Shown piece after piece: positions 51,163 to 63,910 of a DNA stretch of 64,000 nt. The notes beneath the pieces were generated by a model that saw nothing but the letters and a program-made list of their open reading frames with translations, had not been told where the DNA came from and did no database searches. Source of the DNA: Malacoraja senta. Its lineage: Eukaryota. Location: contig CM075989.1 in NCBI GenBank assembly GCA_038087875.1, forward strand, positions 11,718,001 through 11,782,000. Reading direction: 5' to 3'. Both the position numbers and the translations under genes were made by a program. Position 1 is the first letter of the stretch. Each line of letters starts with the position of its first letter.

Positions 51163-52359
51163 AGTACCAAGACTTCCCTGTGATATTAACATTACAGCAG
51201 GTGGATGCCTCATGTCTAAGTATATTCAAAATGTTCTCTCAAAACTGTAAGACTCTCAATGTTTGTTAATTATACCTTGTAATATTTTAACAATTTGACA
51301 AATAATTAGTTTGGTTATGATGTACAGCTTCACAGGACATCCCAAAAACTAGGATTTTTTTCATGACTAAAGGACAATATATGCAAAAACCCAGGCTGAA
51401 TGATGGAAGGGTTGTCCAAAGGCACAAGACTGTTTGGCCAGTTGTTAAGGTTGAAATAAAGGGAAGATGGGGAGTAAATCGCTGAGTGATGTGTGCACTA
51501 TCATCAAGGTGTTATTTAAATGACGTGATGGAAGCAGTGTTCTGATAACTCAGGCAGTACATTGGGTCGGTTAAGTTTGCGGATTTAACAAGCTGGTTTC
51601 ATCTGGTGCATTGACTTGGGCAGCTCTGTCACTATTCACTTGGAAGAGAGCATCTCACTCCGTTCCTCACTCTCTTCATTCACTAACAAGCAACTCTGAC
51701 AAGCCTAAAACTAAGCACAAATGGTCTGATACTATAAACAAAGGAATGTCTGCCTCGTTCAAAGGCACGTTAGGAGAGGACTATAGCTGGTCTTCTAGAC
51801 TGGCCATATCAGCTGCTGTCAACCCTGTGACTGAAGTGATGAAAGCACTTGTCCCAGAGGAAGGAGGCAGTGCTCTGGTGTGCCCAATAGGCCACCTGTC
51901 CATTCAATCCCCACTAAACCAGTCAAGAATGTTTTATTGTCATATGTATCAGCAATGACATTCTCACTTGCTGCCGATTAACTGGCCCAGTAATGCAATA
52001 ACAGATACATTTATACTAATCAATTATAATAAATTAATAACTATATTAGGCAATCATTATAGTGCATAAAATCATTCTGCTTTGGTTTGTGGCTCTCATT
52101 TAACGTCAGATTTACACAGATGAGACCACAACAGTTATTACCAAACAAGCTGGAGGGACGAATGGTCTGAGGATACTTAAGGGGTTCACTTAGTGATGAT
52201 GTTGTCAACAGTAATGGCCCAAACTAGAGTCACTGACAAATGCAATAGGGGATGGAGTATGTTAGTTATGATGAGGCAATGGGCTTATTTTCCTGTATGG
52301 AGGCAGTTGAGTGGGGTTTGATAGAGGTTTATTGCCATGTCAGTTTTTTTGCTGTAGGT

Positions 52360-52710
52360 ACCAGAACAGAATGACATTCTCACTTGAAGCAACATTACAG
52401 GTTTGTAAACAGTGCTCAATAGATAATGTAATAAACAAAAAAATAAAAATAAAAACCCAATATAGTACAAAACCAAAATAAAGCCCTTAGTCTCTCGTGC
52501 AACCCAGGCAGCTTGTACTTTAGTTGGAGTTTGTAATATTCAATGACCTGCTGGTTGTTGGGAAGCTATTCGTGAACCTGGATGTTAATTTTCAGGCTTA
52601 TATATCTCCTACGCAATGGCAGGAGTGAAATTAATATGGCCAGGGTGGTGTGGATCCTAGATGATGCTGGCTGCCTTTTTGAGACATTGACTCTTACAGA
52701 TCCTGTCAAT
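52360..52710 (-). mobile_element. Rex1/Babar-like LINE 3' remnant
   Basis: Similar to 20400-20610 (gaacctgga...ggcaggagtg...gggtggtgtggatcc...gatgctggctgccttttt). Confidence 0.55.
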
Positions 52711-53600
52711 TATTGAATTATATGGGACATATTTGCTCACAGCAAAGGTGTCTAAAACCAGAGGTAGTGTTACAGTGCATATGATACAAGGTCATAATCG
52801 TACAGCACCGAAACCGGCCCTTTGGCCCAACTCGTCTATGCCATCCAACATGCTCATCGAAACGTCCCATTTACCTGCGTTTAGCCCATATCCCTCTAAA
52901 TCTTCCCCATCCATGTACCAGTCAAGTGCCTTTTAAGTGCTATAGAGATCAAGGAAGTAATATTTTCCAACCAGTTTTAACCTCTCTGCATTGCACTGGC
53001 AAATCTTCCCACAAGGACATTGTTCCTGGTTCTGTAGAGATGCAATCTGCCTGGACCAAGTTGGACCCACCTCCTCCTGCTAGCACCACTGCTCCCAGAA
53101 TCTAATGGCCCATTCTCCACGCTATCCTTGTTTCTATATTCAACAGTGTATGGTGCAGAGAGCAATTATAAAATTGCTATAGTTGAGATCCCACATCTCT
53201 TTCCTAAATCCTTAAACCTGCCTAGAGGACTTCATCTTCTACTGTTGGTCATCCTGGTCCACTTCCTCACCTTCCAGAAATAGCTGAAACGGTTTCATGA
53301 TATCCTTAACTGTGGAATCAGATCTGCAACCAAGGACAGCTGTTGCTTTTTTGGCCTTTCTGTCCTTCCTGTATACCCAACGCACGCATGATTCCACCCC
53401 TTGGCTCTGGCTACACTCCAGGGAAATCTCTTTCCCCGTCAGCAGCAAGCTATAGGTTGATATACGACAAAGTCATATACTGACCCAGACTGGAGAAATG
53501 CAGTGAGGTTTGTTCCTTGAAGGAGAGTGGCATTCCATTTGAAGGAGAAAATTGATTCTTAAAATATCAGTTTCGTAATCCCTTTTACAGATATATACTT

Positions 53601-53606
53601 TTTATT
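53601..53606 (-). terminator. Candidate WDR76 polyadenylation signal AATAAA (another at 53628-53633)
   Basis: tttatt on the + strand about 590 nt past the WDR76 stop, in an AT-rich context. Confidence 0.35.
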
Positions 53607-54190
53607 TTGAAATTTTAAAAAGTGCAATTTATTTCAACGTTATTTAAAAACTCCTGAAACATCAGAAATGTCAAAGCAGGACAGGCACTACTTAAAACAT
53701 ATCACAACAAGAATACTTTGCTGCGCTCCACGCACATTCTAGTCTGCACAATGTCTACCGTGAAAAGCAACATTTTAACCTTCAAGAAAATATTCTAATT
53801 GACTTTCTAGAGGGCAGTCTGCAGAAAAAAACCCATTCCAGAATGATGGTGTCAAATCTGCTTGTATCCTGTTGATCACTTACATTTTATGTACACATAT
53901 AAAATTTGGCACCACAAATACACAGCTAACCTAATATAAATGGCTGGTTATGGAATGGTGAATACGTTGTAAAGTGGCAGTGTTTTAACGTGTGGGGAGG
54001 AAGCGGCAAGGAGAGCGGGGAATGGTTGAAGGACTTTGCTGGTATTTTTATTGATATATTTGAGCTATTTTTTCCCCCACACTAAATACCAAACTCCCAC
54101 ATAAATATCATCACAGCATTTGACATGTCAAGATTACTGCTGTCTCTACAATGATAGAGGTGGCCCTCTATTTTGCGTGGATGCCACCAT

Positions 54191-54461
54191 CTATCCACTT
54201 AATCCATTGTCCATGAACACATGAAGTCGGCCACTTGAGTTTCCACCAACCAAGACATTTTTGGTTGGGTGCATCACGTTAATGGAGCACACAGACCCCA
54301 GCCATTCAGCATGCTTGAATTCATGCACCTTGATTCCTGTACTGTGGAACACATCAATCTGCCTGGGCTTGACCATACTCCCCACAACAAAACAATCTTC
54401 CTTTTTAGGATCCCACACAGCTCGGAATTTGGTAAGCCAACGTCCAGTGTTGTTGTTATGA
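54191..54461 (-). CDS. WDR76: WD repeat-containing protein 76, last coding exon (HNNNTGRWLTKFRAVWDPKKEDCFVVGSM...GGNSSGRLHVFMDNGLSG*)
   Basis: ttttaaacag|TCAT..., 271 nt, TAG stop; WDR76/CMR1 C-terminal motifs. Confidence 0.95.
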
Positions 54462-55613
54462 CTGTTTAAAACAAAAATAAAGAGGTTATTGATCTAGTTT
54501 TAAACATTTACACAACAGAAACTGGCCTGGTGTTAATACTCCTTTCTATTATCCTCTGATCATTTCACACCCTCCTCCTTTGATTATCTAGCTTATTCTG
54601 CTTACTGTGTTCTAGCTAATTTGCACATAGTGAAAAAGCACCGACATTGAACAGGATCCAAAAGAAACATATCCCTTCACCATCAGGTCTGGATGTCTGC
54701 TCCAATTTCCACAGGTGGGACCCTGTGGGTATGCTTTTCTGTTCTTTTTGTAAGCTGGGCAGACAAAGCTCTGGTTCCCATCCCATCAATCTGTACTTGG
54801 AAGCGATATCACAAGCCACCAAGGGGTTGCAGCCCCCCTCTAATCCAGTCCATTTATTCAGTTATCTACTGATTATCCACCTTGACCACACTAGATTCCC
54901 AGAATTGTTCCTTGTTTTGTTTCTGCTGAATTCTGTCTCTCTTCTCCCTGCTCCTCCACAATTAGTCACATTCCTTTCCTACGACAACTCCAGACTTGAC
55001 AACCATAGTGCAGCAATGTTTAAGTTAAGACTGTAAAAGCCATGAGGCAGAGGTGGTTAAGAGGCAATGGTGTGGCAATTTTAATTATATGGAGTATAGA
55101 TCAGATAGACCAAAGAAACATTTCCCTATATCAGAGTTGTATAATAGCAGGCAGGTTTAGGGCAAGGTGGGGCGGGGAGGAGAGAGAGGTTTAAAAGTAG
55201 CAGGGGGGTGGGATTCATCTTCACCTAGAGAGACGTACCTGGAATACACTGGCGGTGAGTTGTTGAATCTGGTTCTATAACAGTATATAATTGTGCAGAT
55301 GAACATGTCAATTGCTTAGGCATTGAGGGCTGTGGACAAAGTGCGAGGTAATGCAATCAATATGGTGGGGTGCCAAACGGTTAGTGTGGACAAGTTAGTC
55401 CCAATGGCCTGTTTCCATGCTGTCCGATTCTATGAGAAGGGTAAAGTGGGAGATGTGGAACCTTGACAGCCGAACACGGCTGCAACTTGTGCAGCATTTA
55501 CATTACACAGGGTGCAGAATTCCAGGACTGCGGAGAGTTTAGAAGGACCGGAGAGATCGCAGACATGGACTGATTAAGTCGTAGAACTGAACCACAGGAT
55601 TAATTTTACTTAC

Positions 55614-55667
55614 GTTATTGATGCCACACAAGGAATCTCAGGAATGATGGCACTTGTGTCAAATACT
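55614..55667 (-). CDS. WDR76: WDR76 exon (R-VFDTSAIIPEIPCVASI-T)
   Basis: ttgcag|A...AC|gtaagt, 54 nt, phase 2/2. Confidence 0.9.
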
Positions 55668-56294
55668 CTGCAACAAATCATTTAATTCATTTATCAAGAT
55701 TTGGCCCACTGTGCTGTTAAGTATCTTAACATAATATTCATTCTACACGCAAATCATTCAACTTCCCGATTTAAAGAACAGATCGCCACACTCCATCACA
55801 ACATCTGGCGATCAGTGGGCAGAAACCGTCCTCTAGCAGGGACACTGCTCGGTCACCTGTCTCAGGGACATCATGGTGCAGGCCACAGCCCCAGAATGGC
55901 TCTGAAGGCCAGCGAGACCCTGCTCCCAGGCTTCATGGATCGTAAAACCGCCATTTAAATTGGAATGACTGAAGGTCAAAGGCCACAAAGCCAGTCAAAT
56001 TAATCGCAAAACTTAAAGAAGTCAAAATAAGAAGAAATTAAAATTGGCACATCAGTGTGAGGTTGGGAGTTAATGGAAATATACTGGTGGTTCTGGATGA
56101 CACTCATAAACCAGAGCAAAGTAACAGAATGATGGAAATTTCAAAGCTAGAACTGATCCACTGGGACAGGATGATAACTTATGAAATTTCTCAAATGAGA
56201 AGATACAAACTTTAGCAGATGTAACATTTTAAATGGTCTCCTAGATGCACATTTTAACTTCTGTTGCACTCATATACGATGTGAAGCTTTTTAC

Positions 56295-56447
56295 CTGATC
56301 ATGTCATCCATGCTGGTGGTCACCACACTGTTACCAGTAACCGGTGAAAAGTAAGCCGAGTTTACACGCCTGGAGTGGGGGTTCATGTGCGCCACAGCTT
56401 TTGCTGATGATCTTTTTAGATTTCGGATATCATAAATAGTTGCACAC
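56295..56447 (-). CDS. WDR76: WDR76 exon (CATIYDIRNLKRSSAKAVAHMNPHSRRVNSAYFSPVTGNSVVTTSMDDMI-R)
   Basis: ttttgccag|G...AG|gtaaaa, 153 nt, phase 2/2; SAYFSP motif. Confidence 0.93.
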
Positions 56448-57154
56448 CTGGCAAAACCAAAAGCAGCTAGGTAAATGTTCTCACGTTTGGCATATGGGGC
56501 CACAAATTCAAAATTGTGGCATTATGATTATCGGAACAGGACAGAGCTATTCAATTAAAAAGCACAGCTCACTGGGAACTCAATCTCTACATTGATAAGA
56601 CTCTTACCAAACATAAACACAGCATTCTGTAATTTTGATATTTTCAATTCACACCAAGACCTATTACACCTATCCGAGAGGGAATGTGGTTGGGGTCAGA
56701 GGTAAAAGAGATCAGATTTCCAGGATCCCTTGTGTGATGTGTCTCTTGACTTCTCAAGATGAGTAGTCTTGTCTCTGAAAAGTCAGATCCAAGATCTTGA
56801 GTAATATTTAGGTCAATCATGCCATATTCCTGGGTCTGTTATTTTGAGGCATAACCAAATTATATCTTTAAAATATTTGTGAACTGTGACTGGAATTTTT
56901 ATTCTGGTACTGCCTTCAGATTAAATCCCACTTGGTGGATCAGTAACAAACATGGATATTTTTCTCACAAATCAAAGCAAAATTGATCTTGATTTCCAGC
57001 ACATCAGGTGTTTTTTGGGGAATTATAGAAAAGTTCCTTTTAAAACAAATTACAATTGAATCAGTTAAACAATTCATTTTGGAGGATTTTGCTGGTAATA
57101 CAGCATGCAGAAAAATCATCTACACCAGTAATCTCTTCTATCAAGGGAACTCAC

Positions 57155-57253
57155 TGTATTGCAGCAGTTGCAAAGTAATGCCGATCCAATGGGTGAACAC
57201 TGACCATCCGTAAATAGTCCAGGCCCAGGTGTGCATTCAGTTCTCCTGAATTG
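57155..57253 (-). CDS. WDR76: WDR76 exon (NSGELNAHLGLDYLRMVSVHPLDRHYFATAAI-Q)
   Basis: ttttctgcag|C...CA|gtgagt, 99 nt, phase 2/2. Confidence 0.9.
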
Positions 57254-58094
57254 CTGCAGAAAAGCAAAAAAAAAAGTACTGTCAGTTTGAGAGTAATTAG
57301 CACCTACAAAAGCTCAAATTATTCACCTGGAATTAAGCACAATCTTCCTACACTTCCCATCTGCTGTGTGTCAAATCTGCCTGATGCTAAGTATTCCCTA
57401 CCATTGTTCATTCTAGACTCAGCACAATTCTCTCATGGTTAGCTATCTACTCAGTAGAATTCAGAGTTCAGTGCAACTGCTGATCACCGCACTCTCTCTT
57501 CCTTTTTGATGCTCCTTTCTCTTTGACAATGATAATGGAGACTATATATGGCCCAGTATCAAATTCTATCTGACGATGCTCCAATGCAACAGGTTTGGGA
57601 GATAATATATTGCAATGCTATACAATTTCAAGCTGTTTGTGTAGACTAATCCAGAAATTTAATGTCCAAAGCACCAAAATCCCAGCACACCATTTAACAC
57701 CAGTGATTTATTCAGAGCATGCATCATTCCCCATGAGACATGAAAACAGAATTTGCAGCCGAGGTCAACTTAAATGAAAGGATACTGACGTGACTGTTTT
57801 TCACGTTGGCCTACATTGTAAACTGTGCTCACATAGCTGTAATAGCCTTTATTGCAGGACCTTGTGCAGCATTAAACAAAATACAGCACTTGGACTGGAG
57901 CAGTTCAAAAGAAAGCACTGGCATCTCAACACTATTAGTGAAGCTTTCCCACAACCCAAGAGCAAATAGAAGAGTCACGGCTTTGAGGAGAAATAAGAAG
58001 TGAGCAAAAAGTGGTAAAAAGTTGAGAGCAACTACAACCACCGTTTATCCAAAAGTCAATGAAAAGCGAGACTAAGCACATAACTGACACTCAC

Positions 58095-58213
58095 CTTTGG
58101 GTTCGTCTATCCACTATAGCCACATCTCCATCCAAGTGACTGACAAGCAAGGTGGACCCATCCTCAGACAAGAAGTCAAAAGAAGAGGTATTCCAATCTT
58201 TGGATACATACAC
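58095..58213 (-). CDS. WDR76: WDR76 exon (VYVSKDWNTSSFDFLSEDGSTLLVSHLDGDVAIVDRRTQ-S)
   Basis: ttttcgtag|GTG...AG|gtgagt, 119 nt, phase 0/2. Confidence 0.93.
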
Positions 58214-59732
58214 CTACGAAAATATCAAAGGCAAAGTCGCTTTACGAAAAAATAAATTAGGCAGCAAATTTTCTCAACTTGAAATTTATTTGGAAAAATT
58301 ACCTTTTATAAAAGAAGAACATGGTGGGCATGGAAACAAACTCATCCATCTTTGGGCCTCATGGCACAAATTAATGCAGAATCCCAGGTCAAGAGGCTTA
58401 GCTTGGTTAATATTATTGCTACATGTACTGAGTAACTGTAACACTTATTCTGTAGCACTATTCTGCACACTGATTATTTTTCTCTTTGCACTACCTGTTG
58501 TACTTTTGTTTGGCTTGATTGTACTCACGACTGGATTGCGCACAAAGTTTTTCACTACATCGTGGCATCATGGCAATAACATACCAATACCAACAACTTG
58601 ATATATTTAAGAGAGAATATATTCATTACATGGGGGCAATGCAAACAAAATATCCTCTTGGAGTATGAATTATTGCATTTCCAAGCTTGAGTTTATTTCC
58701 ATTTAGCTTTTTTTTTAAACTTATGAAATGAATTTAAATGGTGTGATTTAGAATTAGTTCATACAAGCTTTGCTATACACCTGCCCGTCCTTTCCCAACT
58801 GTGGCAGTTCTCACCAGCCGATGCTTCCACAGGTATGAGAATATGTTTCATTTGGAATGGCAGCATTCAGACCTGACCCGAGATTCAGGTCTCTCAACCT
58901 ACCTCATTGCAGCCTTTGCACTTTAAAAAAAATCAGCACTTTCTCGGTGGCTGTAACGCCATAACACTGCAACACTATATTCTGTACTCCAGCTCAACAT
59001 CTTTCCTATAATGGGGCAACCAAAACTGAACACCAGTAGGCTAGCTCTTCCTGGACCCCATGTGAGTTAACTGCTTTTGCAGAATATCTCCATCAATTAT
59101 GGACAGGTCCTCAGTTTCCTGTCACTTGCCACTTTAATTCTCCCTCTCATCCCCACCTGCCCCCTCTTTTCTCAGCCTCCCTTACTTCCTCAATAATTGT
59201 CAATGCGAGCCTGAAAAACAGACCCGATCTTCCAACCAGGCATATTACAATATTCTGGGTTCAAAATGGCATTCAACAACTTCAGAAAAGGCCTCCCTCA
59301 TCCTGACTTATATTTCCACTAGATCATTTTCGATTCTTCCCATTACTATACCTTGCCTTGCACCACCATCCCTTTTCTTATTTAACACGTTCAGCCTGCT
59401 CCTCTCTTCCCCCCCCACCAACCAATCACTCAACCTTGTTATCCTTACTGAACTTCCACACATCTAATTCTGTATGTCTAAAACCTCCTATTTCTGTGGT
59501 TTTCAGAGTGATGGTCTGGAAGCATTCTATCTGTGTATTACTCTGCAGATGTACTGAGTATTATTGCTTACATTTCAGAGCTCCTGCTCTTTTCTTTCTG
59601 TGCTAAAAGCAACCAAAGCCATAGGAACCTAAAGTGGGCAATTCTTAAGTCAAATAACCACAGCCTGTCTTTCTTTATACAGGAGATTTGGACTTTATGA
59701 GCAAGCACTCAAAGGACTTTGATGTATTTTAC

Positions 59733-59894
59733 CTCATCGAAGACTGCAGCAGCAACATTTCCACAGCGAATGCTCCCATCACTGCTCATTGATAGGATCT
59801 CAGCATAGTTAGCAGGAGAAAAGTGTAAGCAGTTAATTGAACTACAGTGAGGTTTGAACTGACCAACAGCAACTACATCATGGACCTGAGAACT
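59733..59894 (-). CDS. WDR76: WDR76 exon (SSQVHDVVAVGQFKPHCSSINCLHFSPANYAEILSMSSDGSIRCGNVAAAVFDE)
   Basis: tttttgcag|AGT...GAG|gtaaaa, 162 nt, phase 0/0. Confidence 0.93.
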
Positions 59895-60006
59895 CTGCAA
59901 AAATGAAAAGACAGTAAAAGCATCCAATCAGAACTGTATCATAAAGTCAAAAAGCCAAATATTCTGACAGCATTATCGCCACTTTGATCATTCCACAACA
60001 CATAGC

Positions 60007-60830
60007 TATTTAGTTTAGTGATACAGTACGGAAACAGCCCCTTCAGCCCACCAAGTCTGTGCCGACCAGCGATCCCACACACGTATACTATCCTACACAC
60101 ACTAGGGACAATTTAAAATCATACCAAGCCAATTAACCTACAAATCTGTACGTCTTGGGAATGTGGAGGAAACTGGAGATACCAGAGAAAATCCATGGAG
60201 GTCAGGGGGAGAACATACAAACTACATACAGACTAATGGCATGTTGGCTTTCATTGCGAGAGGATTTGAGTTTAGGAGCAAGGAGGTCCTACTGCAGTTG
60301 TACAGGGCTCAGGTGAGACCGCATCTGGAGTATTGTGTGCAATTTTGGTCTCCTAATTTGAGGAATAACATTATTACTATTGAGGGAGTGCAGTGTAGGT
60401 TCACCAGTTTAATTCCCTGGATGGCAGGACTGACATATGATGAAAGAATGGGTCGACTGGGCTTCTATTCACTGGAATTTAGAAGGATGAGAGGGCATCT
60501 TATAGAAACATAAAATTCTTAAAGGATTGGACAAGCTAGAGGCAGGAAATTTTTTCCAGATGTTGGGGGAGTCCAGAACCAGGGGTCAAAGTTTAAGAAT
60601 AAGGGGTAGACCATTTAGGACTGAGATGAGGAAAAAACTTCTTCACTCAGAGTTGTGAATCTGTGGAATTCTCTGCCACGGAAGGCAGTGGAGGCCAATT
60701 CACTGGATGTTTTCAAGAGCGAGTTTGATTTAGTTCTTAAGGCTAAAGGAATCAAGGGATATGAGGTCAGGATCGAACCCGGGTCTCTGGTGCTGCAAGG
60801 CAGCTACTCTACTGCTGCGCCACAGCGCCA
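60007..60830 (-). mobile_element. HE1-like V-SINE interrupted by a CR1 segment (60233-60766)
   Basis: SINE 3' part at 60007-60232 and tRNA-like head at 60767-60830 (tcaggatcgaacccgggtctctggtgctg...). Confidence 0.8.
60233..60766 (+). mobile_element. CR1 internal segment, local copy of 61931-62464
   Basis: 534 bp near-identical to 61931-62464; lacks the CR1 3' tail. Confidence 0.85.
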
Positions 60831-61218
60831 CCTACTGCTACAACATGGGAAATTCAGTTGCAACTCCTACACAGAAAGATCCTCGTCACGGCAATGTGTC
60901 ACTTATTTAAGTCACACTGATCAATGGATAAATATCAACTAGGACAGGAGAATTCTTGACTGCTTTTCATCAAAACAATGTCTTAGGGTTTTGGATGAAG
61001 GGAAATTATCCCCGTTATCCTGGCTAAATTAAAATTCTTCAACCCGAGTGTATGGTGATATGCCATTTGTCAGATGTCATTCTGCCATTTGACATAATGT
61101 GGGTGAATTAGAGCAGCAGCAGCATTTATCTGCCTTTCAAGTGTTTGTGAACTTCCAACCACAGTAAAAATGCCTTTCCTTCTTTAACATGAACAGCAAA
61201 AACTAAGCACTCACTGAC

Positions 61219-61372
61219 CAGATCCCAAATTCCAATATATCCATAAGTGCTTCCTGCAGCCACCAGGATCCTCTGCTCAGATGGATGAATAGCCAGTGCG
61301 CACACTCGTTTTGGTGTTACTTTTGCAACAAAGCTTTCTTGGATCGTCATCCTTTTCAAACTGGACTTGTAG
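61219..61372 (-). CDS. WDR76: WDR76 exon (YKSSLKRMTIQESFVAKVTPKRVCALAIHPSEQRILVAAGSTYGYIGIWDL)
   Basis: tttgagcag|C...CTG|gtcagt, 154 nt, phase 2/0; first WD repeat. Confidence 0.93.
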
Positions 61373-61468
61373 CTGCTCAAACAAATAATGAAGGAACAGT
61401 TTGTCGAAAAGCTACTAAAAATAGAAACAGCTATTATTTAAAATTGACCAACTATTAAAAGAACTTAC

Positions 61469-61512
61469 GTCTTTAACTCTTTTGGTCGCTTTGTCTTAAC
61501 CCGAGATTTGCC
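61469..61512 (-). CDS. WDR76: WDR76 exon (GKSRVKTKRPKELK-T)
   Basis: gacacttag|GGC...AC|gtaagt, 44 nt, phase 0/2, followed by a 96-nt intron. Confidence 0.82.
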
Positions 61513-61806
61513 CTAAGTGTCAAAGTTGGAAGTGTTAAGTTACTGACAAAAAAACACTTTTTTAAAATACCGTAGCTTAACACATCTATATTTGCACTAT
61601 AACGCAAACATTTAAAAAAATCTGTTGGTGGCAGAGATCATGGGAGAAAGGGTACGTAAAGACACACGTTTAAAAATGGTGGCTAATCACAAGATCCTCC
61701 AATCAACTCATGGCTGTATCACGGCTTTTGCCTTTATATTGCACACACATGTATCTTTACATTTCAGATTACTGCTTGACTATACAAAGCTTTTACCAGA
61801 AAGAAC

Positions 61807-62577
61807 AGGAATGCAGATTATTATCTGAATGGTGTCAGAATAGGAAAAGGGGAGGAGCAATGAGACCTGGGTTTGCTTGTACATCAGTCACTGAAAATAA
61901 GCATGCAGGTACAGCAGGCAGTGAAGGAAGCTAATGGCATGTTGGCTTTCATTGCGAGAGGATTTGAGTTTAGGAGCAAGGAGGTCCTACTGCAGTTGTA
62001 CAGGGCTCAGGTGAGACCGCATCTGGAGTATTGTGTGCAATTTTGGTCTCCTAATTTGAGGAAGGACATTATTACTATTGAGGGAGTGCAGTGTAGGTTC
62101 ACCAGTTTAATTCCCTGGATAGCAGGACTGACATATGATGAAAGAATGGGTCGACTGGGCTTCTATTCGCTGGAATTTAGAAGGATGAGAGGGCATCTTA
62201 TAGAAACATAAACTTCTTAAAGGATTGGACAAGCTAGATGCAGGAAAAAAATTCCAGATGTTGGGGGAGTCCAGAACCAGGGGTCAAAGTTTAAGAATAA
62301 GCGGTAGACCATTTAGGACTGAGATGAGGAAAAAACGTCTTCACTCAGAGTTGTGAATCTGTGGAATTCTCTGCCACGGAAGGCAGTGGAGGCCAATTCA
62401 CTGGATGTTTTCAAGAGCGAGTTCGATTTAGTTCTTAAGGCTAAAGGAATCAAGGGATATGAGGAAAAAGCAGGAATGGGGTACTGATTTTAGATTATCA
62501 GCTATGATCAGATTGAATGGCTTTGCTGGCTCAAAGGGCCGAATGGCCTACTCCTGCACCAATTATTCTATGTTTCT
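61807..62577 (+). mobile_element. CR1/HER1 LINE 3' fragment with 3' UTR
   Basis: LVHQSLKISMQVQQAVKEANGMLAFIARGFEFRSKEVLLQLYR...; ends gggccgaatggcctactcctgcac...ctatgtttct. Confidence 0.9.
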
Positions 62578-62613
62578 AAATCAAACTTCCCAGAACATGT
62601 ATTAATGGAATAC

Positions 62614-62703
62614 CTGACTAATCTCCAGCCACGTCTTCATCAGATCCTCAGTTTTTCTGCTGTCCTTTTCATCAATAGCGACCATTGTAAGAGGTCCAGA
62701 GAA
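62614..62703 (-). CDS. WDR76: WDR76 exon (FSGPLTMVAIDEKDSRKTEDLMKTWLEISQ)
   Basis: tttgcctcag|TTC...CAG|gtattc, 90 nt, phase 0/0; GPL-M...TW motif. Confidence 0.8.
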
Positions 62704-63783
62704 CTGAGGCAAACGGAAAGTAACATTCAACACCAGCAATATCACTTTTATTCCCATATCTACTTGAATGTTTGATTTAAATAGTTACATAAACTGCTAT
62801 CTTACTCAAAATTTAGCTTCAATTCATCAAGCACATATAGGCAGTCAAACCTAAAAGTTATGTCAATGAAGGCCATGGTCTACTATTCAGTACGTTGTAA
62901 AGTATAGTATGAACTGTCCTGCGGGTTGTCAGCGGTGAAAATGGAAATGCCCTCTGGGCTTGGCTGAGGACATTGTGCGGGCTCTCGAGGACTGAAAAAA
63001 AACTTTTCAGATAGGTGCTGGAAAAGGTCAGCGATAGCAGAAGTGGACCCTTGCATTTTTGTTTTTAACCTGCAGTGTCTCTGCTGTTGTATTATATCCT
63101 GCACCCTGCTTATTTTCTCTTTTACACATATATGATTTGACTGGACAGCACACAAAACAAGGGTTTTGCTGTATCTTGGCAAAGGAAACGTATGAGGGGC
63201 AGACATGGGAAGAAAAGTGGGAACTCCAAACCAGAAGCATCACACTGAAGTATTCATAATTCATTACGGCATAGGAGCAATGGCTTGAAGAATATGCCGA
63301 CCGTCTGAGCAATCCAATTAACGCACTCATTTTACTCATTCAATTTTCTCACAAACGTCCATTGATATACCCCTCCAACCCAATTCTCCCATCACCCACC
63401 TACAATAGAGATAATAGTGGCCAACTAACTTGATACATCTTTGGTATATGGATGGTAATTGCAGCACCTTGGGGAAACCCATTAAGTCACAGGGAGAACG
63501 TGCAAACATCCCCCAGGGATCAGGATTGAACAGAGGGTCGTTGGAGCAGAGAGAACTGCACTATCTATAATATTAATTGTAGTGTACTGAAGTGAGGCCC
63601 TGGATAAACACACTGGTTTAACACATAGCGGAGCGATCTCCACTCTCCATCTACCTGGTGTGCAATCTGAAACCTTGTGCTATCACCATTTCCCCTTCCA
63701 TCTAAACTTGGTAACACGGCAGAAAGATTGAACGGCTAAGATGGGACAAATCCCAGTCTGAGATATATGGAAGTGATACAAAC

Positions 63784-63910
63784 CCGCTCTATTGTCTCCT
63801 CTGACGTTTTTATCAGTAATTCTGGTTCTGGGGAGTCGGTAGATTTCAGCCTCAGTAGCCGCTGTGACCGGCGAACTATGCATTGCTCTCCGGAGTCTTT
63901 AACCTTCTCT
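63784..63910 (-). CDS. WDR76: WDR76 exon (EKVKDSGEQCIVRRSQRLLRLKSTDSPEPELLIKTSEETIER)
   Basis: gatgtttag|A...CGG|gtttgt, 127 nt, phase 2/0; RRSxRL motif typical of the WDR76/CMR1 N-terminal region. The donor is weak. Confidence 0.75.
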
